Shown here piece by piece: positions 53,791 through 64,000 of a DNA stretch of 64,000 nt; position 1 is the stretch's first letter, and each line of letters begins with the position of its first letter. A program made the translations under genes and the position numbers. The notes below the pieces were generated by a model. The model was not told the DNA's origin. It saw only the letters and a program-made list of their open reading frames with translations, and ran no database searches. Origin of the DNA: Negaprion brevirostris (lineage: Eukaryota); NCBI GenBank assembly GCA_030324005.1, contig JARDVH010000160.1, forward strand, positions 16,612,264-16,676,263. Direction: 5' to 3'.

Positions 53791-56435
53791 ACTCCTACAC
53801 CCCCTATACTCTTCTTGTATACATCTTCTGTACTTTCTGGTGCAATTACATCTTTTCTATAATGAAGTGACTAGAACATCACACAGTACTAATGTTGTGA
53901 CCTAACATTTTACATAGCTCCAGCATTAACTTCCTGTCCTTGTATTTTATGCCTCTGCTAATAAAGGAAAGTATTCCACATGCCTTCTTAATTTCCTTAT
54001 CAGCCTGTCCCCTACCTTCGGGGATTTATGGACATGCATTATAAGGTCCCTTACTTCTTCTACACCTCTTAGTATTAATCAATTTGCCTATAGATGGTCC
54101 AGGTAGTTTCAAACAAGTTTTGCATTTCATGCCGATCAGCATGTTGTTGGATCTCTTGAGCCTTTTCTTCCTACCACATGATCTTTATCTTTCTGACTTG
54201 TTTTTGGACACCAGCCTTGGACTGTTGGAATATTGCCATCTTGACTTGCATCATTGGGTTCTTACGCCAGGCAACAAAGGCTACTCATTTTTATCCTAGG
54301 ATCAAGAGATACAGACATCACCTCGATCTTTGACCCAAGCAATGGCACACTCCACGAGGTGCCAATGCTTTCATTTAGGATGCCTCCATGTGGTTTCGCA
54401 TTTGTCCTTCTNNNNNNNNNNNNNNNNNNNNNNNNNNNNNNNNNNNNNNNNNNNNNNNNNNNNNNNNNNNNNNNNNNNNNNNNNNNNNNNNNNNNNNNNN
54501 NNNNNNNNNNNCTCACAGAAGGATGTACATTATAATGAGGTCATGATGAGCAAACCTTGTCAGCAGAAGTATGGCTTTTCCCATCCATTTTTCCCAATGT
54601 TCTGTTATGGACATCAAACACATGGCCAACATAGGCTTAAGTGGCCCAGAAGATATTTTTCTTATTTTGAATGGCAGTGAAGACTTAGACAAGACATTGA
54701 ACTTTTCCTTCACAATTTATTCAGAATCAAGGTTCAGGGTACAGGCATCAATGACAGTGGTATATTTTTATGACTGAGATTTAGATGAAGTGTCATGGCA
54801 TTTGTGCAATTTGGGAGTTCTGGCTATGAATACAAGATTCCATTCAAGAAGGCAAAACCNNNNNNNNNNAAACCAACTCATTGAGCATGAGAGTCACTGT
54901 CAATCTTTCCTTCCCAGTAAAAGATGTAGCCCCTGCTTGTGCCTTAAGCTGCCCCTCCCCAGAAAGGCACTGAGGGCTGTGATATAAATTTGGAGTGTCT
55001 ATGGCTCACATTATACAATTGTAGTTCTTCTTTCTGGACAGTCACTTGGGGTTATTCATGATTGTTCAAACAGTCTAAGTTGCAAAATGCAATGATTTCT
55101 TTTTTTGACCACAAAGTTAGTGACCCTGCTGAATGTAGTTCCCCAACCAGGCAACCTATTTTTATATCAACTTTTTCTAAGCAGCTTCCCATCTGGGATG
55201 AGCAGTGTCCTAAAGCAGGTATCTCAGCTACAAATGCTGCAGCCTCAAGACACCCCTGTTCCACAGATTTCCAATGACTTTGTTGCCTGGATGCAGATTC
55301 TTGACAAAAGACTCCTAAGTTCACAGCCTTGTCCCATCATCGATCCCAACAGAATTGGGAACGGTACCCTGGTTGAAGCCAGCACATAACTTTGTTTAAC
55401 GTTGGGATCTTGGGGTGCCATCATTGTCCACATCATCTTGATGGGTTGGTGATCAGGTTCTAATGACATATCTGGGACCACGTTGTCACTGCACCTTTTC
55501 CACCTCCACAGCTGGTCAGATACAGTATTCCTTGGATTGAAAGTAGCCATATGTTTCCTTTTGTACAGGTATTGAAGTGGTTTTGTCACAAGTCACCTGT
55601 GCAGAGCTTCCCCTGCCAATGGAACATAAAATAAACTGAAATTCCTACACTTCCAGAATTCAGCAACAGCTTATAAACAAATACATTTCTGAAAAGCTTG
55701 AAGGGCTTATTTTCCTCTGCTGGAGTAAGGGCCGAGGTATATGCAGTACAGTAAGCAAACTAAATTGCTCCATTGTCTGTGTAGCTTCAGGTACTTTACC
55801 AGGCAGTGGCCACGGTTTTTTGCCAAATCTTTTACTTTGTGTCACTGACAATATCTAGAAACCATCGAGTGGATTTCTTAGAAATCAAAGACAACGTCAC
55901 ATCTATGTCGTGCAACAATCCCAGTGTGAGCAACTTTGTTGGTGATAAGCCTGTATTCAAATGCGCAGCAACTCTGGTTTTCCAATGGAATAGGGAGAAC
56001 TTTCCAACTTTATGGAATGGGAACAGCACAGAAGGCACTATTTTCATGCTTCATTATCAGAAATATCTGTTATTAGACTATCCACTGTCTAAACAGTACA
56101 ACAAAATGCATTCTAAATCTATGCTTGTTCTTTAAGTTGCTGGGATTTCACAAAACTATTATATGTGAGTTGTGGATCATTTATTACTTTATATTTAACT
56201 GTAATGATGGATCTGTCAGGTTAAATGAGTCTTAGAGCATCTGCAGGTGAGAGAGGCAGATGCAGGGGGAGTCTGGGAGTACAAGGGAAATCTCCAGCAA
56301 GGCCGGGGACGTGAAGGTCAACCCCACGAAAAGAAAAAATGCTGGAAAATCCTAGCAGGTCTGGCAGCATCTGTAAGGAGAGAAAGGAGCTGATGTTTCG
56401 AGTCCATACGACCCTTTATCAAAGCTAGATATCTA

Positions 56436-56630
56436 GGTAAAGTCACCATAGTCCCAGATGACAATAGGCTGGCTGGTGTGATTAAACCTGAGGGTCACCA
56501 CACTTCAAGCAAGGAACAAGATTGGAAAAGTGAGCCTTCATGAATAACGTCAGCCAGTAAGTGAATTAAATCTACCTTGTTGGTATCACTCTGCATCACG
56601 AACCAGCTGTCCAACCAACTGAGCTGACCA
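56436..56630 (-). mobile_element. tRNA-derived SINE of another family
   Basis: The reverse complement begins ggtcagctcagttggttggacagctggttcgtgatgcagagtga (tRNA-like head). Confidence 0.65.
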
Positions 56631-57499
56631 GCCCTCCACCTGATACCTACGCCACGATAGAAGTAGAACAGATGCAATGGTCCCTTTGCCTAGATGATAC
56701 ATTCCTTGGGAGTATAAATGGTATTTTGTTGGAAACTGACTCAAACCAAATAGTCAAAATACTTTCCTTGAAGTCACAAACATTCAGATGTACCACCACG
56801 CTTAGGATAGCTATGATCAGCTGCTACAGTCCTACTACTGTTCTGCAGATCTGGTGAAGGGATAGTGCAAGCAACATGAACATTTAAACAGATTATACAG
56901 AGAGGACAGCAATAGAAAATAAAATGCATGAAGGTTAGGATATCTGAGAACGTAGATCAGGACAAGGTAGGGAATTATTCATCTGAGGAACTTGGGAAAT
57001 TTCTCGATTTTCAGCCCATTCCTTGCTAATGAAACAAAACATTTATTGTTGTCTCATTGGAGACAAAAACCCCCAACTACAGGGGACCCAACCGTTGCAA
57101 GATAAATACAACATTTGTGATAAAGCACAATATGATCAAATGTCACATAACCACACCTCCAAGAGTATAATATCAACATTTGGCAAGTTTATTACTAAAT
57201 AAAACGGGCAATCATTAAACATCCAGTAGGTTTCTACTACTGTATTAATGCAGTGGTACTGTTCGATAAAAATTGGTCCCAAATGATTTTACAGGGGGAA
57301 AACCTCCAGGTTCCAACATGCACTTACATTCATAAAACTAGAGGCGGTAGCAGGAGTGTCTATATAACCTAAATGCAAAATTCAGGAACGGAAAAATTAT
57401 AATTTATCTGCACTGCTAGTCTCAAGTCACTTCCGTGCAATACACACACAGTTCCTAATTGGACAGTACTTCAGCAGATCGTTACACTTCAAAAGGAGA

Positions 57500-59100
57500 T
57501 TGGATAGACTACAACATGTAATGTCACATTCAATCTGTACTGTGCGAAGTTTTATCAGGGTCTTGCTGTAAACGTGTACCGAGTTTTAACTTCCGTCAAG
57601 TATACGGCAACAATCATGTTCATAAAACTGCAAGCCGATCGTTTGACAGCATTCAGAACCTGCAACAAAGTGAAACTGCACTTTGCCCTTAATAATGTCG
57701 TTTTCTGATTTAGCTGGTCGGTTAAAAGGATTTGCACTGATAAAAGCCGATAATAGTCTGCAGCTTTAATGCTAACAATGGGAAACTATTAGTGATTTCC
57801 TACTTTACTCTCCCAGACAAAAATAGGCCGATTGAGTTATCTCGGAATGTGCTCTGTAGCTTGACTAAGCTGCGGATGCTGCTGCTTCTACTCACCAGGC
57901 AAGCTTGAAGCCTTTCATCAGTGCAGTACACAGGATCCGATATCCATAGCCTCTTTTCCCCAGTCACCAGGATGAACTCGCCACGACATGCTAGCATGCA
58001 ACGGCGAGGGTTCATTCACAAATGTAGCAGAGCTTCCAAATCTGTACTCTGGAGGCAAGTGCCTCACCTTCACTTGACACTCCAGTGCTAGCAACACTTC
58101 TGCGCGGACCCACGTTCACACAGTCTGCAGCTCCAAACTCTGCCACTAACATTCCACAGCGAGCACGGATGACTGAAGCAAGCTAACATTTGCCAGTGGC
58201 TACAGTAAAGATGGACCCATGTTATCACAGTCTCCCACCTCCCTGATCTGAGAATGTCCGCAAATGAGTAAAGGATTAAAAGCACCGAGTGCAGCCATCC
58301 ACAGCACACGTCACTGGAAATCACTGGTGGCAGCTGAGAGTGTAATCTCTTAATCAATGCAGAAATGCTGCATGGAAGGGATCAGATGCGTTTCCCAGCC
58401 CCCACCTTAACTCACTGTAGATTTCAACTCTCCTCTTGCTAAATGTGCATGGGAATAATGCACACACGAACTACCGTGCCATCAATTCTCAATAATTTAG
58501 GAAAGGAAAATTCATTCAATTTTATATCATTACGACTCTTTTCATCGGAGAACATTAGAATCCTGTCCACGTAAGTATATTTTGACTGTTAACAGAATAT
58601 ATCCAACAACACTGAAATAAAGTCCCCACTGTAAGAACGTGTTTGAATGTAATTTCCGTATCAGATTACTTTTAATCACGTGTAAAATAAATGACATGGG
58701 GTGAGAATAATTTCTGCTTCATATCTCAAAAACACGTACAAATGGGCAGATGTCCTCTCAAGGCTTGTACAATGTATTTGGGAGAACAGTAAAGAAAACT
58801 TCAAAAGCTACCAATGCTTCAGTTTAAATAACTGAATAAATGTCAAGCTTCAGCTTACATTAAACCAATCCATTACCGATAATCTCTTGAACAACGGGGA
58901 GTAAACATTATTGTGACATAATTGAATTAAAAATTTTGTGCATTGATATTTTTGAAATTGATCACTTTACCGTCCCCTTAAGATTTATATAGCCCCTGCA
59001 GTCTAATAAAATGTCCTAAGGAGCATAATAAAATAATTTACGACACGAAGTTATATAAGGAGGTATTCGGGCACGTCCGATTTAAAAATCAATAATTTTG
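57500..59100 (-). promoter_or_regulatory. Putative promoter / 5' leader region
   Basis: Segment with no recognisable repeats and visibly more CpG than its flanks, surrounding the first coding exon. A TATA-like CTATATAAA lies on the minus strand near 58984-58992. The TSS cannot be determined from sequence. Confidence 0.45.
57896..57918 (-). CDS. GRAMD1B: First coding exon of GRAMD1B (Aster-B sterol transporter), MKGFKLA(C); partial CDS
   Basis: Minus strand reads ATG AAA GGC TTC AAG CTT GCC TG|GTGAGT: 7 codons plus 2 nt, then a consensus donor. This matches the recalled GRAMD1B N-terminus MKGFKL(S/A)CTASNSN, with the split falling inside the Cys codon. It lies in the most CpG-retaining unique segment of the window. 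Only 8 residues support the name. Confidence 0.7.
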
Positions 59101-59539
59101 GAACTGAATATTCCACTGCTTCAAGTGAGAGTTCACATCCTTAATCTTTCATGAACAAAGTTTCTAATTTTATTACATGTTGCTGTGGGGAAGTAATAAC
59201 TGGAAGCTATGCATTTCCGAAAGAGAGAGTCATGTTTGGTCTGGTCTCAAGGATAACAGTATTACTGATTCATAACAGCGTGGAATGGAGTGGTCGATGA
59301 CAATATATAAATAAGCCACTGATGTTTGCCACTGATGCCATTAACACTAAGTACAAGAAAAGTAGGAAATGGGATTTTATTCAAACAAAGTAACGAATAG
59401 CCAATTGAAAAATTGAAAAAACAGTTTATATTACTTCACAGTGGTACTGCATTTATTACACAAATGCATTTATTCAAAGGGTGAGAGTTAACACATTTTG
59501 GAGCTACCTTGCAACCATATCATTCAAATGGCATAAAGA

Positions 59540-59980
59540 TGGTGGTTTATGGATTTCTAGCTAATGCTCTGGAGACATGGGTTTAAATCTCACCATAATA
59601 GCTTGTGGAATTTAAATTTGACATCAGCATTGACTAGCACTTTTTGCCCATCTGTAACTGTTGTCCATTTCAGAGGACATTGGAGAGTCAACCACAATGC
59701 TTTAGATCTAGAGTCACAAGTAAGCCAGACCAGGTAGGGATGGCAGATTTCCTTCCTTAGAGGGGACATTAATGAACCAGATTGTTTTTAATGACAATCG
59801 ACAAAGGAAATCTACCATCCTTATCTTTGTCTGACTTATGTGACTCCAGACCCACAACAATGTGGTTAATTCGCAACTGCTGTCTGAAATGGCCTAGTAA
59901 GCCAGTCAATTCAAAGGCAATTAAGGATAAGCAACAATTGCTGGCCTTGCCAGTGACACCCACATCCCACTGAAGAACAA
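59540..59980. mobile_element. Two SINE copies in nested, opposite orientation
   Basis: Plus-strand head at 59540-59620, inverted segment at about 59625-59800, plus-strand tail at 59804-59975. Confidence 0.7.
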
Positions 59981-61447
59981 AAAACTAACATGGTTATATA
60001 AACAAACAATGGTGATAGTACAATGAACTGTTTGCCATTTAAAATCATTAAGCACAGGAGAACATTCAATTCATGAACTTCCATCTTTGAAAGAGCTGTT
60101 CAATTAGTCTCATTGTCCCTCCTCTTTCCCCATAACGCTGTAAAACTTTGTTTTCCAAGTATTTATCTAATTTCCCTTAGAGAGCTACTATTAAATCTAC
60201 TTGCAACACCCTTTCACAATATCAGTTTGTTACTATCCTCTGATTCTTANNNNNNNNNNNNGTATGTCCTGGGTACCAACTTGTTATCAGTTCTCTCTTC
60301 AACCTTCAGCTGTAACCAAGACAACTAGTATAGAATGAACTTCAGTCTAATCAATTCAGTCACAGATCAAACTACAGATAAAGAATGCCAGCATAGTGGC
60401 TATTTTACTGGGCTAGTAATCCAGATATGAGTTTAAATCCAACATCGCAGCTAGGGAATTTGATTCAATTAATAAATAAAGTATTAAAAAGTTACTATCA
60501 GTAGTAGGTGTACCTATAAAGTTACCAAATTATTATAAAAACCCATTTGATTCACTGTTCTGCCATTTTAATCCATAGCAATGTGGTTGATTCTTAACTG
60601 CTTCCTGAAATTACCTAGTCAGCCAGTCAGTTAAAGGAATTAAATGCTGGCCTTGTCAGTAATGTTCATATCCTGTGAAGAACTGAAAAAAAAATTCTGC
60701 TCTTCATCATCAAACAAAAGACATTTTCAGGGATTATTTTCTAAAGTTCCTGCTTACATCCTAAGTTTCTTAGCTGAACTTATGCACCTTTACCTGACTG
60801 TGGGAAATTAAAAATGTTCTTTTGAGATAGGGGGAGAAAGTATGCAAGAAAATAACAGGGTATTGGCACAAAGTGGATAACCCATAACTTGAACTGTCTT
60901 CTACATAAACAGAAGACATTACAATAAAATTGGTTTCTAAAAGTAGAATGAAATGTTTAATTTTCCAATACTGAAATCAATAAAAATAATCATCTAAAAA
61001 TAATATACATTACATACCTGCATAGAAAATGTTGTTAGCAGTATGTCTATCACACACAAAGGTACTGCACTGTAAAGTGCATTTTCTAGTTGTTTAATTA
61101 TCATATCCACAAGTCAGAAAATATAACATAAAACTATAAACATGCTACTCCAGATTATTTCCCAGTTTTAAGTATAATTAGTAGCCATAAAGACACAGTG
61201 GCACTTTAGAAATATCCCAATTTGTTGAAGTCCCCTGAAAGCTCAGTATGCAACAACCAGCATAATAATAATATTTCCCTATTTATAATTCAGGTTTTGT
61301 GTTGCATGGCATTTTTACACTACCTTTATTGCAGTGTGAATGTAAGCCTACTTGTGACTAATAAATAAACTTTAACATTGCTTTTTCACTGTTTTCAACT
61401 TGCTATGAAGAACACAACATGATTTGTTAATATAGATTTATTGAAGT

Positions 61448-61750
61448 TTAAGGTTTATTTATTAGGGTCACAAGTAGGCTTATACTAACACTGCAAAAAG
61501 TTACTGTGAAAATCCCCTTATCACCACACTCCTGAGCCTGTTTGGGTACACTGAGGGAGAATTTAGCAAGGCCAATGCACCTAACCAGCATGTCTTTCAG
61601 ACTGTGGAAGGAAACCAAGGCACCTGGAGGAAACTCATGCAGACATATAGAGAACGTGCAGATTCCGTAAGCCAATGACCCAGGCTGGAATTGAACCCAG
61701 GTCCTTGGCGCTGAGGCAGCAAAGCTAAGCGCTGTGCTACCATGCCACCA
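61448..61750 (-). mobile_element. HE1-like SINE (tail type A)
   Basis: Same organisation as 819-1092. An isolated plus-strand tail fragment lies at 61329-61375. Confidence 0.9.
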
Positions 61751-63222
61751 ATCCAATGTACATTCAATCTCAATTATGTCACAATTTGTGCAATCAGTCT
61801 GCTCTTTACACCTTGGCTCCTGAAATTAGAGTCACAACAATGGGGTAAAGGTGAGGGGAATAGATAAAACTTAATGTTTATTGAGAAAATCTGAACATAA
61901 CGATCAACAAAACCAGGAGGTTATGTATACTTTCTTTGCTCTAAATGATATACTTGAACCAAAACAATCTGCCACAAATTTGGTACACTGCAACTTCAAA
62001 TAGGTCAACTGACGAGAAATTGAAGGCTTTATGAAACCTACCAGAACAGTTTCAGGAATAAATGCTGAAACAAAGTCTAATACTGCATCTGAACGGGTTA
62101 ATTTGTTTATTCGATATACTGATCCATGACAGGTCTAATCTGACCTTGTATTTTCTCAAGAATCTCTTAAGAATTGTGCTGATTAATGTCTTTTTCTGCT
62201 GTTTTCTGGCTAATCAATATGCCATTGCCCAAGTTTTCAACAATGTGTTCGATCAGAAGAAATGTAAATCAGGACTTGTGGGATGACTTTCCCTTGTTCA
62301 AAATTCCCACCCACATTTCCAATTCTCACCACTCGTATGTCTACTACAATTAATTGAAAAACAATTTTCTATGTATCAAAGATGAGGTCCAGCCCTTTCC
62401 AAATGAACATTGGCAAGCTGTAACTATTGCAAATCTATCATAGGTCTATTCCTTATCACCAGCTCCAATACTGCCCAACCAGCTGTATAGGCTAAACCAA
62501 ACTGTGTGAAGTCTTGCCATCTGTTCGACCTAGGTTTACAATTCTATGACCTACTCACCTCCAAGAGCACTTTGTTCTACCCACAAAACATTGCCCTCCT
62601 CCGCAACCCAAATTTTCTTAGCTTTTTACTTCGCTGTGGGATTTCGCTAATCTTGTTTGTTAAAAATTTCAACTGATCCAACAGTACTTAGGCCTGCTCA
62701 CCCATCATCTTCATCCTAGTTGGCCTGGATTCAAATTACATAGCAACACAGTCAGCTACGATGCAAAGTATGTTGCAGCAGGACATCAAAGTGGATAAAT
62801 AACTAAAACATCTATTAAAAATTTATAGAAAATTGTAAATACTTGAGATGCAAGTGTTGTGAATTATGTTCATTTTCCTATCTAATCACGCTGGGATAAT
62901 ACATCTCAGCCTGATTTTGTCCTCTTACATCATCCACACAAGCAGCACTGAATGCCAATTAAGAACCTCAGCTAAACCTTTTATGCCTTAGCTCAGGGGC
63001 ATAGTGATCTATTTATATTGCCCCTTGAAACACCTGCTAAGATCAACTAACTTGGCACAAACCAAGTCTCAAACCTGAGAGCTTCTTGGTCATTGTGCTT
63101 TGGCACTACTCCCATGTGGAGTAGATATCCACTGAATCACTGGAAGGGCCAGTGTCTTATTCTTATTGACTCAGCAAGCTAATACCTGACCAGTACACTG
63201 CAATTGTTTAGAGAAAGTATAA

Positions 63223-63239
63223 AGGTCACAGTTAGGTCA
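63223..63239 (+). promoter_or_regulatory. Perfect DR5 nuclear-receptor motif (RARE-type)
   Basis: AGGTCA cagtt AGGTCA. The motif is certain; its function is untested. Confidence 0.35.
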
Positions 63240-63467
63240 GTCAAACCTCGTGTCACATAGTTAAGATAGATCGAGTCATTATTAGAAACATGTTAGAAGA
63301 GAAAAACATTTTGAATTCATGGAAGTGAAGTTACTAGAAAGATCACCACTTATTGTCCTTAATTGTCCTTGAGAAGATTATTTCTAAAGGGACCCCTGCA
63401 TTCAAGAAAAATATGTGCAAAATTCCTTCATGATCAAAGGGGAAAATAAGAAAATTTGTGACCATTT

Positions 63468-63736
63468 TAGAAACATAGAAAGCAGTAGCAGGAGTAGACC
63501 ATTTGGCCCTTCGAGTCTGCTCCGCCATTCATTTTGATTATGGCTGATCATCTAATTCAATATCCTGATTCCCATCCCGCCCCCATCCCTTTAGCCCCTA
63601 GAGTTACATCTAGAAACATAAGAAATTCCTTCTCATTTGTCTTAAATGGGAAACCCCTTACTCTGTGATTACGCCTTCTAGTCCTAGACTCTCCCATAAA
63701 GGGAAACAACCACTCAATAGCTATTTAGTCAAGCCC
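63468..63736 (-). mobile_element. CR1 3' fragment
   Basis: tagaaacatagaa tail and UTR as at 12866, then a CR1 ORF2 remnant. Confidence 0.85.
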
Positions 63737-64000
63737 CAATTGACACAAATATTTTCATTTTCATCATTAAAGATCATGTGCAAATGATAGAAGCGCTGCT
63801 TATCACAGCATTTAAAAACAAACACCTATGAATTTTTAAAAACTCACTATTCTAGCAAGTATTGGGATCATTCTAAAATATTAACAGACTAAAGACTCTG
63901 GAAAAATTATTAACCAGGATTTTGTTTTTACAAACTAGGTTGGAGAGGACGTGGAGGATAGTTTAGATAATGGGTTAAAAAATAAAATCACAATTGCTAA

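Larger units (their letters stand above)
1..57895 (-). other. Probable intron of GRAMD1B, extending beyond the window start
   Basis: Begins at the GTGAGT donor at 57895. No exon encoding TASNSN/STPACSP or the GRAM domain was found by eye downstream, although gaps could hide one. Confidence 0.6.

Noticed and set aside
55806-56135. 109-aa plus-strand ORF
   Set aside because: GTG start, no recognisable domain or splice context, and a length expected by chance.

Overview
Eukaryotic, AT-rich, repeat-dense genomic DNA from a gapped draft assembly (14 N-runs). The repeat content (HE1-type tRNA SINEs, Deu-domain SacSINE1-like SINEs, CR1, RTE and Penelope-like fragments) points to a cartilaginous fish, most likely a shark. 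Almost none of the supplied ORFs are genes; the recognisable ones are decayed LINE reverse-transcriptase pieces. The one host coding sequence I recognise is a 23-nt minus-strand first coding exon at 57918-57896 (MKGFKLA+TG, donor GTGAGT). It matches from memory the N-terminus of vertebrate GRAMD1B/Aster-B (MKGFKL[S/A]C|TASNSN...). I did not find the next exon, so 1-57895 is probably intron. The best leads are a strand-specific hairpin holding three upstream AUGs and a stop/start-overlapping uORF in that 5' leader, and a phase-compatible candidate alternative first exon at 3849-3803. Others are a 35-38 bp intronic hairpin, nested inverted repeats, a perfect DR5 element and a multi-layer nested transposon stack. 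I see no evidence for a novel multi-gene system. Repeat boundaries are approximate and family names were assigned by eye.
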